Of a DNA stretch of 64,000 bases, positions 14,676 to 28,230 are shown one piece after another (positions within the stretch are counted from its first letter, which is position 1; every line of letters begins with the position of its first letter). Made by a program: the position numbers and the translations under genes. Source of the stretch: Octopus vulgaris (taxonomy: Eukaryota); contig OX597819.1 in the NCBI GenBank assembly GCA_951406725.2, positions 121,024,001-121,088,000 on the forward strand. The letters are read 5' to 3'. The notes under the pieces were generated by a model. The model did not search any database, was not told the DNA's origin, and saw nothing but the letters and a program-made list of their open reading frames with translations.

Positions 14676-14843
14676 ATCATCATCATCATCATCATGGCCA
14701 TCAACATTATCATCAACAACTTTATCATCATCATCGTCATCATCTTCATTGCTGTCATCCTCATCATGATTGCCACCACCACTAGTACTACAACTGCTGC
14801 TCCTCCTCCTCCTCCTCCTACTACTACTACCATCACCACCACC

Positions 14844-14889
<46 letters not shown>

Positions 14890-14929
14890 TATCACCATCA
14901 TCCTCATTGTCAACATCATCATGGCCATC

Positions 14930-14985
<56 letters not shown>

Positions 14986-15288
14986 TATCATCATCATCGT
15001 CGTCGTCATCGTCGTCGTCGTCGTCATCATCATCATCTTCGCCATCATCAGCATCGTCAACATTAACAGTATGTGCAAATTCTCTTCTCCCCGCCTCCCG
15101 TCTAGATTATCGGCACCATTCTTCCCCAGCGGCAGCACCGTCGCCGCCACCATCCACCTACCTTCCATCACTATAATCGTTGACATCTGCAGCGCCGCCA
15201 TTGTTATCTTTCACGTTGGCCTTCATAGGTTTCAGATTTCTTCTACTATTGCACACAATTCTACTACTACTACTATTACTACAACTAT

Positions 15289-15349
<61 letters not shown>

Positions 15350-15577
15350 GTTGCTGCTGCTGCCGCATGTTCCTACTGCCATTGTCATCGTCGTCATTAA
15401 TATAATGATCATCATCAGCAGCAGCAGCATAGCTATCATCAAAACGAAGAAGAAGAAGAAGAAGAAGAAGAAGAAGGTGAAGATGAAGGAGAGGAAGAAG
15501 AAGAAGAAGATGAAGAAGAAGAAGAAGAAGAAGAAGGAGCAGAAGAAGAAGAAGAAGAAGAAGAAGAAGAAGAAGAA

Positions 15578-15608
<31 letters not shown>

Positions 15609-15610
15609 AA
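13740..15610. repeat. Compound trinucleotide array (ATC, ACC, GTC, ACT, AAG) plus (gccgcagct)n
   Basis: Direct inspection. Confidence 0.95.
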
Positions 15611-15639
15611 GGGCTTGTTCTTTGACATGCCAGTCACCT

Positions 15640-15765
15640 CTCAGAGCAAACAACGTGAAATGAAGTGTCCTGCTGAGAAAGACAATAAACCATCAGGCTC
15701 GGGAATCGAACCCGCGATCTTGCATTCGTGAGGTCAACACACAAACCACTAGGCTACGTGCCTTC
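15640..15765 (-). mobile_element. 5' part of tRNA/CORE SINE
   Basis: Minus strand gaaggcacgtagcctagtggtt...gggttcgattccc. Confidence 0.7.
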
Positions 15766-16055
15766 GCTTCATTAAAGTAGTGGTAAAAGAGAGAGATAGA
15801 ATGAGAGAGAGAGAGAAAAGGAGAGAAAGTGTGAAAGAGAGAGAGAAAAAAGGAGACAGCACGCCTGTGGACAAGAGACTTGAGTACGTCCTTTAGTGAT
15901 GGAGTAATCGATCAGTCGAATGACCCCTCACTGGATGCGGTTCAGGATTTCAGAGATCGTAGAAATAGCACCATCCTGATATAGAAACTGTCTCCATTAT
16001 TGGTCTCACGTAATCTTTCTGGAATGTCAGCAACTGATGGGAACCTAACAGAGTG

Positions 16056-16485
16056 GCTGGTGTATGGAATGCAATCTTAGCTATGACAAATCTTTGCTAT
16101 GACAAATCTTAGCTATGACTGGTGTATGGGATGCAATCTTAGCTATGACAAATCTTAGCTATGACAAATCTTAGCTATGACAAATCTTAGCTATGACAAA
16201 TCTTAGCTATGACTGGTGTATGGGATGCAATCTTAGCTATGACAAATCTTAGCTATGACAATCTTAGCTATGACTGGTGTATGGGATGCAATCTTAGCTA
16301 TGACAAATCTTAGCTATGACAATCTTAGCTATGACTGGTGTATGGGATGCAATCTTAGCTATGACAAATCTTAGCTATGACAATCTTAGCTATGACTGGT
16401 GTATGGGATGCAATCTTAGCTATGACAAATCTTAGCTATGACAATCTTAGCTATGACTGGTGTATGGGATGCAATCTTAGCTATA
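16056..16485. repeat. Higher-order minisatellite (30-mer tgactggtgtatgggatgcaatcttagcta plus 15/16-mers tgacaaatcttagcta)
   Basis: Direct inspection; near-identical units. Confidence 0.95.
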
Positions 16486-16887
16486 ACAAAGAAAACTCTC
16501 CCATTATGATGAGTCTCAGTATTTCGAAAGTCCTGTAGAAGCTGTAATTGAGTATAGCTGATGTTTCTGAAGGGTTGTGGTGCATCGTGGTGGTGTTTGA
16601 ATATTTTTTTTTTCAAAAAGATAAGATTTTAAAGCCCCACTCTTAAGGGACACTCTTAAGTTCACCGTTTGTAGAATTAATTGAAGTTTGGCGTGCGATT
16701 ACTAGTCTGTGTGTGGATGATGTATGTTTAGGGTAGTTTAGGGAAGAAAGAAGGGTCACGCCGTTTGTGTTTCTTATAGAATTAATGTGGAATTATAGAA
16801 TTAAAGAACGAAGTGAGTGAGAGGTAGAATCGAAGTTTGGGGAACACCAGAGTTCATTGGGACATGCCAATACATGTGCGGTATTAA

Positions 16888-17120
16888 ATATTTCTTCATT
16901 GCCCACAAGGGGCTAAACATAGAGGGGACAAACAAGGACAGACAAAGGGATCAAGTCGATTACATCGACTCCAGTGCAAAACTGGTACTTTATTTTATTT
17001 ATCGACCCCGAAAGGATGAAAGGCAAAGTCGACCTCGGCGGAATTTGAACTCAGAATGTAACGGCAGACGAAATACTGCTAATCATTTCGCCCGGTGCAC
17101 TAACGTTTCTGCCCTCCTGA
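16888..17120 (-). mobile_element. SINE family A inserted in the LINE
   Basis: atcgaccccgaaaggatgaaaggcaaagtcgacctcggcggaatttgaactc. Confidence 0.9.
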
Positions 17121-18031
17121 TTTGAGAAATGAAAGTTGGTTGGAGGTTCTCAATAGAAGGTTTTGATGGGTTAGGGTTAGAGAAGGCGCGGTTAAAACAA
17201 TAGCTGGTGTCTAGTGTAACAACACTACTTCGCTAAATTTGTCTAAAGCGAGATCCCACTGATGAGTGGCATAATGGAGTAGATTTGCAGCGTATCTGGT
17301 TCTATGGAAGGAAAACTGGTGTTCACTAAAGAAAGAGAAGGATTTAAGGTGATGGAAAACGTAATTGTTAATGGTTGTTTGCATTACTTTGGCGATGTTA
17401 GTGGAGCGCACGAAGGCCGGCAGGGTTACATTTTTTGGAATAAGACACAGTGAGTGGGTGCCTCCAATTTCAAAGTATAACTCTGTAGTGAGTTAGAGAT
17501 GGGTTAGGGTTAACCCATCTCTGTTAAGTTCCCAACAGTTGCTGACATTCCAGAAAGATTACGTGAGACCAATAATGGAGACAGTTTCTATATTTGGATG
17601 GTGCTATTTCTACGATCTCTGAAATCCTGAACCGCATCCAGTGAGGGGTCATTCGACTGATCGTTTGGTTTGTATAGGATTAAGCTCTGGGGGATAAGTA
17701 GAACGTTTAAATGTAATAGACCGGGCATTCATAGGGATGTTGGTTGTGTTTGCTTGATGCACCTGCAGATATTTCCACATCTAACGTGTAAACAGGTGGG
17801 CTAGGGAAACTAATGAATCAAAAGTAAGATTTTCAGGGAATTAAACCAAGAACTAACCCACGGATTTGTACTGAGAAAAATTGAAAGAGTTGGTTTTCTT
17901 CAGTTGGGTACTGCTTACATCATCATCGTTGTTTAAAAGCGGAGGAAAAGAGGACATCAATAAATTCATGAAAATCTGTTCGGCAAGGAACTAAATGTAG
18001 ACCCAGCCTGAAAGATATAAAACCTTATATT

Positions 18032-18630
18032 AAGACGGTGATCTGGCAGAAACCTTAGCACGCCAGGCGAAATGCTTAGTGGTATTTCTCTTGTCTTTAC
18101 GTGCTGAGTTCAAATTCCGCCGTGGGCGACCTTACGTTTCATCCTTTCGGGGTCGATAAATTAAGCACCAGTAACGCACTGGGGTCGATGTAATCGACTT
18201 AATACGTTTGTCTATCCTTGTTTGTCCTCTTTGTGTTTGGCCCCTTGTGGGTAATAAAGAAATATGTATTTCTTATGTCTTTACGTTCTGAGTTCAAATT
18301 CCGCCGTGGTCGACTTTACCTTTCATCCTTTCGGGGTCGGTAAATTAAGCACCAGTTACGTTCTGGGGTCGATGTAATCGACGTAATCCATTTGTCTGTC
18401 CTTGCTTGTCCCCTTTGTGTTTAGCGCCTTGTGGGTAGTAAAAAAATAGGTATTTCGTCTGTCTTTACATTCTGAGTTCAAATTCCGCCGAGGTCGACTT
18501 TGCCTTTTACCTATTCGGGGTCGATAAATTAAGCACCGGTTACGCACTGGGGTCGATGTAATCGACGTAATTCGTTTGTCTGTCCTTGTTTGTCCCCACT
18601 ATGTTTAGCCACTTGTGGGTAATATAGAAA
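18032..18630 (+). mobile_element. SINE family A with triplicated body
   Basis: One head followed by three ~185-bp body units. Confidence 0.9.
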
Positions 18631-18949
18631 CAGATTTAAAACCTTACGAGTTGTCTGATGGACAAAGGTTTTCTTTGCAAAAGAGTAGGACGTTGTGTTA
18701 CAGACGTTTCGTCGTTGAATGAATATTTCACGGTTTTGCGGAATGGGTGAGACAAGTAAGACGTTGTACACCTTGTTATATACTAAAACTGGCACAGTAC
18801 AACCAAGAGTACTTTACTAGGGTGACTTAGGACACGACGCGTGAATGCACACGTTTTGTATGTCATATAAATATTTATGTTTAACATCGGACGTAAACAA
18901 ACATACACGCACTCGCATATATATATTTGTGTGTACGCACGTATCTATG

Positions 18950-18991
18950 AATATCTATGCATTGATCCATCTATATAAGCTTATGTGGATA

Positions 18992-19023
<32 letters not shown>

Positions 19024-19142
19024 AGTGTGTGTAAACGAATATATATGCATTTGTTGTTTTATGTGAATACGTATCAGTGCGTGCACGTATATATTTATAT
19101 ATTTATAAAAATATACGTATATATACATACATATATACATAT

Positions 19143-19210
<68 letters not shown>

Positions 19211-19233
19211 GTATATATGCCAGCTACACATTT

Positions 19234-19266
<33 letters not shown>

Positions 19267-19509
19267 CTCTCTATATATATACATATAAATATGTATATAT
19301 ATATACATAAGTATATATGTATATACGTATATATATATACATATATATATATACATATATATATAGTATATATACATACATATGTATATACACATATATA
19401 TTCATATATATATATATATATATAGACACACATATATATATATACATATCCAGAAATGCATACATATAAAAAGACGTATATATATATATACGTTTTCATA
19501 CATACATAT

Positions 19510-19542
<33 letters not shown>

Positions 19543-19993
19543 TATAAATATATATATATATAAATTTGTATATATATATATATGTAACTTATTATATATA
19601 CATATAAATACATTTGTATATATATATGCATATATATATACACGCGTATATACACGTATACATATATACACGCATGCAGGATATACAAACATACATACAT
19701 CTAAACATAGACACACGCACAACATGTATGTCAATTAAAAATCAGTTCATTCCTCCGTACAAAGTAAACAAAATAAATAGACTGAACTCCCCAAAGGTTA
19801 ACAAAACTAACGCTCATCTATGATTGCTCATTCGAGCGACCATTGTCTGTACATAGACTCTTAAGTTATGTAACAACAGTGAAACATCGCTACAGTTGGT
19901 AGTTTTAAGAATATGTTAACAACAAACGCTTCTTTATTGCATTACACAGATAACAGCCATTTTGTTTTAAGACATCTCTATGCATATCAGTAT

Positions 19994-20052
<59 letters not shown>

Positions 20053-20150
20053 AATGCTTTTATTTTCAAATATATATCTGTTCATCGGTAATCATGTATG
20101 TGAGCGTGTGTGTGTGTATGTGTGTAGGTGTGTGTGTACGTATGTATATT
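18950..20150. repeat. (TA)n/(CA)n microsatellite field
   Basis: Direct inspection. Confidence 0.9.
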
Positions 20151-20490
20151 TTTGTTATCTAATTCGATGTCTTTTCTTGGCTCTTGTACTTACTCGTTGT
20201 CTCAAGTACGTATCCTCTTTTTTCCTAACTTACTTTCACTTTCTCAAAACCCCTCTATTTCTCTCTCCGTTTCTCTGACTCTCTGTCTCTCCGACGCTCC
20301 CCCCTTCTCTCTCTTCCTCTTTCCATGACACTAGATCAAGCTTCAGATCTTTTTGCAAAATTTTTACCATAATTCTACTACTCCATCGGTTTCTTATTAT
20401 CTGTGAAATAATATAAATGCATATATGATCAATCTATACAAACAGACATATATCTAAAATATTGCTGCACACATACATGCATAAATACAT

Positions 20491-20567
<77 letters not shown>

Positions 20568-20595
20568 GTAAGTAACAACGATGTCAAGTTATTTG

Positions 20596-20682
20596 TGCAT
20601 TACGGCCGTTTCAAGCGGCTCCATTTAATCAATCAATGCAAGTATTACATCAATTTGAAATATACACCCATCCTCAGATGCA
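20596..20682 (-). ncRNA. Type-I hammerhead ribozyme motif with long stem II insert
   Basis: Minus strand UGCAU-CUGAGGA-(~58 nt)-GAAAC ggcc GUA-AUGCA, with canonical core. Lies within a ~230-bp island between (TA)n tracts. Confidence 0.65.
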
Positions 20683-20841
20683 GAAGTGCATATAAGTGTT
20701 CAACATGCAGGATACTCCATTATAATTTTTTAGCAAATTTCTCATCAGAACTAGAAAATAAATATTTTACATGGTTGTTCCTATATTTGTAGGAGAATAT
20801 ATATGTATATACATACATACATATATATATACATACATACA

Positions 20842-20896
<55 letters not shown>

Positions 20897-21177
20897 TGTT
20901 TATACTTAACAAATGCAACAGTTACTCTCTCAAGGAGTCCCTAATTTGCATACCGAAAGTTTTTAACATTCTATAAATACTTGCGGCCTGTCAACGGGGA
21001 TCTTAGTCCAGAGAGTATCAAGGTATGATATAATATATACGTAACATATGGTATAATTACTCTATGGTACAATTATTCTATGAAGAAGTCTCTAACTTGC
21101 ATACCGTAAGTTTTTAATGTTTATATATGACTATGTAAATAGATGTATACATATATGTTTTTGCCTATATTATTTCG

Positions 21178-21209
<32 letters not shown>

Positions 21210-21229
21210 TATATTTTTATAGGTAATCA

Positions 21230-22134
21230 TAAGTGGAGTACCTTTCCCAGGAATTTCCTTATTGAAAGAAGGAGGGAACAAAAACCGATCTCTAACGAAA
21301 GGACACGGACAGGTTTCTCCAGATATATGAACACCAGAAAATCTTTGTAAATGAAGCGATATGAAGGCCTATGTGTTCCCAACCTCTATCGTGTTGAAGT
21401 ACTCTCACATTGAACGGAGGACACAAAGAAATATATTCCATTTGTCATCACACAATCTCGGAATATATGTCATCGTACATTCAGCCAAAGGTACTGTTCA
21501 ATTCTATATCAATCATGAAAGTAGTTAGTCTCAATTTATGACAGCCAAAGACAACTGAAAAATCTTAAAAGTCTCTTAGCAATGTCGAAATTCCCATCAA
21601 AAAACGAAATAAAGTAGAAAACAAAATAAGAAGACTTTTGTTCTGGAACATGTGAATTGAATGAAGATGGTAAACTCAAAGATTCAAGAATGAGAAGACA
21701 ATTGAAGGTTTATACTAATATGGATTGCATAACAAAAAATCTCGTTTACTTCATCAATTGTCCAGAAAACAACGAGAATTATATCGGCCAAAGATGATCA
21801 AATTTAATGGATCGGGTTAGAATACACATACAACAAATAAAGGATTCTTATTGCAATCTCGTTCACCATCTTCACTATCCATAACACTTCCATTAGAATA
21901 AACCACCTCATCCTACCTCACACATCATAGACCACTCTCAAGGCTTCTTGAAGACAAATGCAGTCGTCACCAATTCAACCGTCATTCTCATCGTTGTGGA
22001 ATTTATCACTCACCAAGCCACCAACTGGATCTTGATTTTGGTCGTCGTTATCATCATCGACGTCGTCGTCGCCCTCTTCCTCCACCTTCTCCTCCTCTTC
22101 ACCATCATCCTTATCATCATCATCGTCGTCACCA

Positions 22135-22165
<31 letters not shown>

Positions 22166-22590
22166 CATCACCACCATCGTCACCATTGTCATCATCATCA
22201 TCATCGTCATCATCATCGTCGTCATCGTCATCATCATCATGATCATCATGATCATCGTCGTCATCGTCAAGATCATCATCATCATCATCATGATCATCAT
22301 CATCACCATCATCGTCACCATTGTCATCATCGTCATCATCATCATCTTCATCATCGTCGTCATCATCATCATCATCATCATCATTATCATCATCATCATC
22401 ATCATCATAGCTGCCATCGTTATCCCTAGCATTATCGTTGACATCTCATAAATATTCCATGTAGTGAACAACTAGATAGTTCTACGAAAGGAAAATCCAA
22501 AATATTCCCTTCTATTATTAAACGAAAATGGAAGAAAATGATAAGAAAGTCAAGACAAGTTTATTTTACATGAATTTCAAATTGAAACTA
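21230..22590 (+). pseudogene. Penelope-like element ORF remnant (linker plus GIY-YIG endonuclease), split by an (ATC)n-rich insert
   Basis: KYIPFVIT near 21430. 21717-21845 reads NMDCITKNLVYFINCPENNENYIGQR*SNLMDRVRIHIQQIKD. Resumes at ~22452 as NIPCSEQLDSSTKGKSKIFPFY. Confidence 0.8.
21852..22445. repeat. (ATC/GTC)n-rich tract
   Basis: Direct inspection. Confidence 0.9.
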
Positions 22591-23091
22591 TTCCGGAAAT
22601 AATGAAAACCGTTACTAAAACCAATTCCAATATAACGCGTGTTTGTGAAATACGGAATACAGAAAATGCTTCCACAAATTTTCTTTCCGACAGATCTGTG
22701 TTAATCTTGTTATCAAAGTTCATCACGTAAAGAAATCGTTTTTGTTTTTTGCTTTTTTACAAATATATATGTGTATTCTAATCTATGCATATGTGTATAG
22801 ATAAATATGTGATGCTTCTTTATAAATGTATGTATACTATATACGTATATAGCCGTGCGTGCGTATATATTTATATATTTATATATGTATGTGTATTTGT
22901 ATGTATGCATGTATGCATGTAGGTATAGTTATACTTACTAGCAGTAACCGTGGAAATGCAAGACGGTTGTTTTAAAAATTGTGTGATGAACTTGTATATG
23001 TTTCTGAAATATTTGATTCTTGACAAGACATAAAAATCCACACAAGCTATATTGAAGGGTTAATCAATCAAACAATCAATCACTCAGTCCC

Positions 23092-23093
23092 TA

Positions 23094-23184
<91 letters not shown>

Positions 23185-23543
23185 TCATCCATCTACCTAT
23201 CTATCAACCCGGAAAAATTTAAAACAGAGAGTTACTTACTTCCAAATAAATGTATTAACATGTAACATTCTTGACCGAGGTTACCGTGGTCTTTTCCGTA
23301 GGCTTTTCTTTCCACGGATAAACCTTATCTGTTTCCCCTTTACACTTTATATCATGACATTTCTGTGATACACGATCACTATTGATCGTTTTTTGTCTTG
23401 CCTTTTTACGATCCCTTTTGATCGAAAACCTACACCCCACCTTTTTTCTCCTCAAAAATAACTTGTAATTTGTCCCGTCTGTGTTCAGCCCTGTGTGACT
23501 AATAAAAGAAACGTATCTATCTATTTGTCTGGCTGGCTGGCTG

Positions 23544-23633
<90 letters not shown>

Positions 23634-23643
23634 CGTCTGTCTG

Positions 23644-23719
<76 letters not shown>

Positions 23720-23735
23720 ACTATCTATCAATTAA
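23092..23735. repeat. Two (TATC)n arrays
   Basis: Arrays at 23092-23205 and 23515-23730. Confidence 0.95.
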
Positions 23736-24697
23736 TCAATTAATATATGTATCTATGTATGTATATATATGTGTGTGTGTGTGTACAATACATCAAGTAC
23801 AGGACATCACCAACGCGTGCAAAATACGTAAGCACACGTAAGCACATAATTGCAGAACAAAATACGAAAAAATATACAAGAACAGTACATCATCAACGAG
23901 TAAAAAATTACGTAAACACATAATGAAAGACAAGTACGAGGTGAAATATCAAAACCAGTCTAACCACTCCTCAGTTGCCGACTGTTAATTACACCCTATT
24001 TCGAGCTTCCAACGTCAAGATAGCAAAACTGCCAGGCAATTTTTACAATAGAAAGTCCTATATAAATTTTTATATATTCCATGTCAGCGCATGCCTTCCC
24101 CGAGATATAAACCTCTTGTTTACGACAGATTTGTGCAAATTTTTGCTAAAAGAATTCGTGTTTTTTTTGTTTTTTTTAAAATTATTTACATGTCCGTTCG
24201 ACCGCTTAACATGCCTTTATTCATTAAAACTTCAGAAGTTCTTACAACTTTGGTCATTGTAATGCTCTGCTTTAGTTTGCTTAATAAAAATTCCTCCTTC
24301 TCATAATGATGTTGCTTTCATTTCGTGATAGACAGCTATCATGCAGAAAAGGCTAGCTATGATGCAGCTATCATGCAGGAAATGCCAGCTTCCAAAACCT
24401 GTTTTCCGATTCTATAAAATTGATTAAACTTTAAGCCTCAGAAACATTTTTCTACAGTTTTTCTGTAAATAAATAAATAACAAAATCGGGTTTAACGTGG
24501 AAAATTAGTTCAATGGACGCAAGTTTAAAATTTCACAATGTCACAGTAGCAAGAACGGTCCTGTAAAAGTACAGTTATAGAACACGCACACACAAACACA
24601 CGCACATACACACATTTACAAACGTGCAATCACGATTTTAAAATGGTGTATAGTAGACGTATGTATGTATGTATATATATATATATATATATATATA

Positions 24698-24858
24698 CAG
24701 GAGTGGTTGTGTGGTAAGTAGCTTGCTAACCAACCACATGGTTCCGGGTTCAGTCCCACTGCGTGGCATCTTGGGCAAGTGTCTTCTGCTATAGCCTCCG
24801 GCCGACCAGAGCCTTCTGAGTAGATTTGGTAGACGGAAACTGAAAGAAGCCTGTCGTA

Positions 24859-24921
<63 letters not shown>

Positions 24922-25151
24922 ATGTGTGTATATGTTTGTGTGTCTGTGTTTGTCCCTCTAGCATTGCTTGACAACCGGTGCTGGTGTGTTTACGTCCCCG
25001 TCACTTAGCGGTTCGGCAAAAGAGACCGATAGAATAAGTACTGGGCTTACAAAGAATAAGTCCCGGGGTCGATTTGCTCGACCAGAGGCGGTGCTCCAGC
25101 ATGGCCGCAGTCAAATGACTGAAACAAGTAAAAGAGTAAAAGAGTAAAAGA
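24698..25151 (+). mobile_element. SINE family B
   Basis: Full head, CORE-like segment, internal microsatellite and tail (gtaaaaga)n. Confidence 0.9.
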
Positions 25152-25152
25152 G

Positions 25153-25223
<71 letters not shown>

Positions 25224-25786
25224 CTATGTATGTATGTGTGTGTATGTCTGTGTGTGAGTGTTTCTTTACAGAGGACAGTCACCTACAGTCACCTACCCCC
25301 TCTCTCGTTAAAGCTATGTATTCCTCATTCCCACCTTTGTGTGTGTGCGCGCGTGCATGCGTTTGTTTCTTGTGCGCGGACGTGTTGTATCTATGTATTT
25401 ACGAAAGTATGTGTACAGGGTCGCGTGTAAATGACAGCTGTATAACCTTAACACCTCATTGTCACCGCTTTTCTCTCTTTCACTGATATAAGTCACCCTT
25501 TCTCTGCCACTACCTTTCCCTCAGACTAATATCTTTTGCAACCTTCTAATTTTATCATATAATTCGGCCAACCTCCCTGGTGCGGGGCAAATTATAGATT
25601 TCTATTGAAATCCAATTGGCCTGTTATTGAACTGGATGTTAGCGTAACATATATACAAAGTTTCGTGAATATTGGTTCGTCAGCTTAGGCACTAAGATGA
25701 TTACAGCCATAGAGACAGAAATTGTCATTTATATTATATTATATTATATTATATTATATTATATTATATTATATTATTATATATAT

Positions 25787-26202
25787 ACTCTTTCTCTTTT
25801 ACTCTTTTACTTGTTTCAGTCATGTGACTGTGGCCATGCTGGAGCACCGTCTTTAGTTGATCAAATCGACCCCAGGACTTATTCTTTGTAAGCCTAGTAC
25901 TTATTTTTTCGGTCTCTTTTGCCGAACCGCTAAGTTACGGGGACGTTAACACACCAGCATCGGTTGTCAAGCGATGTTGGGGGGACAAAAACAGACACAC
26001 AAACACGCACATACACATACATATATATATACATATATACGACGGGCTTCTTTCAGTTTCCGTCTACCAAATCCACTCACAAGGCTTTGGTCGGCCCGAG
26101 GCTATACTAGAAGACACTTACTTAAGGTGCCACGCAGTGGGACTGAACCAGGTACCATGTGGTTCGTAAGCAAGCTACTTACCATACAGCCACTCCTGCG
26201 CC
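25787..26202 (-). mobile_element. SINE family B
   Basis: Reverse-complement full copy. Confidence 0.9.
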
Positions 26203-26939
26203 TATATATATATATATCAGTTTAGCAGAAGCAACAGAGTGACTTAACGCCGAGGATTTTCTGCGGCTGACACTTTTCTGTTACCATTTCCGAGACTCTC
26301 TTGAACTGACCATGTGACAGCAATACACATTCACCCTTAGAATAATAACTATTACTTTTCCTATACCACAGGTCGTTAACCCTTCTCTTTCCCACTTTTT
26401 CTTTCGTTCTTTGCCTATCCTTTAAACTAACCATGCGACAACGTTAAAGCACGCAACCTTAACATATTGGTGTATAGATTCTACGGGAAAATCCATTGTG
26501 TGTGGTATTTCCCGTTAGCTGTTACCAATTCAGTCAAAGTTCGATACTCAGGTTCCGTTCTTTATTATAGAGAATATGTTGCAACGCATTCCTTTACTTA
26601 CAGACAAACCGTTCGAGAGTATAAGCTGCTCAATATTGCATTGGTTCAATGAGTTACCAGTTGACTGTTTAACCAGCATGAATGTGTTCGTTCATTTTAG
26701 TAGAACATATATTGACGCAATAACACTACTTGACATATATGCATACACATATACATATATATTTATGTGTGTGTAAATATATACATATCTATATATACAC
26801 ATATATACATATCTATATATATATATGTATGTATATATGTGTATGTATATATATATATATATGTGTGTGTCTGTGTGTATGTGTATATATATATGTGTAT
26901 GTATACGTATGTATTTACATTTATATATATCTGTGTGTA

Positions 26940-26986
<47 letters not shown>

Positions 26987-27591
26987 ATGTGTGTTCATGT
27001 GTTCCTGACAGTGTATCTCATAATCTCTCTATCTCAAGCTTTCACACATTTGACTTCGCAACTTGTATTTTGTTTTCTCTGCAGCGCTACCACTATTGCG
27101 GTGTATATGGTCATAATACTCTCATCTTCCTCTGTGTACGTGTGTCTATACATACATACATTCATGTATGTTTAAATATATATATATGCATATATGTATG
27201 CATCTGTATATATATGTATATGTATATGTATTTATATATATATATGTACGTACACACACACCTATATATGTATGTATGTATGTATATGGCGTATCGCACA
27301 GCCATCTTTGCAGTAATTGTCTCCGTGAGGTGAAGATCTATAGATACTGTTAGATTATCTTTGATATAAACTCTACGTTAATCCGATTAATTTCAAACTT
27401 CTGCATCAAGTCAACGCACTAATTGATGTGACCTTTTCTACGAGCAGGATTCCCTACTTTCCGTTGAAGAATTTGATCTCAACCGTAAATATATGCTATA
27501 TACCTACATGTATATACATACATATGTGTATGCTTATATGCGTGTATTTGTCTCTTTGTATACGCATACACACATACATACACCCATTTAC

Positions 27592-27622
<31 letters not shown>

Positions 27623-27960
27623 CCGAACTATCTGTCGATCTAGCCGTCAAGCTATCTAACTACCTCATTTTATCTCTCTTTCTCTCTCTCTCTATTTATG
27701 TGCATGAGCGTATATACATAAATACGTGTGTGTATACATATATGTGTGTAGTATGTATATGTGTGCCTGATTACACTATTAATATGTATGTATATGCCTC
27801 TATATGTTTTTGTATATGTATATCTATCCATCTATCAATTTATCTATCTATGTATCTACCTGTCGTTCTGTCTATCTGTCTATGTTAATATCTCTCTTTC
27901 TCTTTGTCTCTGTCTGTCTGTCTGTCTCACTCTCTCTCTCTCTCTCTCTCTCTCACACTG

Positions 27961-28006
<46 letters not shown>

Positions 28007-28008
28007 TG

Positions 28009-28042
<34 letters not shown>

Positions 28043-28230
28043 TGTATGTATGTATGTATGTATGTATGTATGTATGAATATGTATATATGCATGTATAAC
28101 CTTCATTTTCTATCAACTGTTTCGGCCGTGGGGCAGCATTTAACCAAAGCTGTCTGCTAGTGTAACATCTTATAAATTCTTCGCGACCATTTGAACAAAA
28201 CGTTTCTTAATTGCAATATTCTTATTCCTT

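Larger units (their letters stand above)
15852..17900 (-). mobile_element. Decayed CR1/Jockey-group LINE reverse transcriptase
   Basis: Minus-strand peptides in RT order: IAKVMQTTINNYVFHHL..QFSF..ANLLHYATHQWDLAL..VVTLD; NSGVPQTSIL; QLLTF..VRPIME..ILNRIQ..IRLI..HRRAVS. Interrupted by a SINE, a minisatellite and an inverted segment. Confidence 0.8.

Noticed and set aside
13554-15731. Long poly-S/P/I/T/K ORFs
   Set aside because: Trinucleotide arrays open in several frames on both strands, with no domain or splice support.
16056-16485. CRISPR-like repeat array
   Set aside because: No unique spacers, eukaryotic context, and the unit derives from LINE sequence.
25560-25740. Helitron/Helentron-like non-autonomous end
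   Set aside because: Only a vague resemblance; the matching terminus could not be established.
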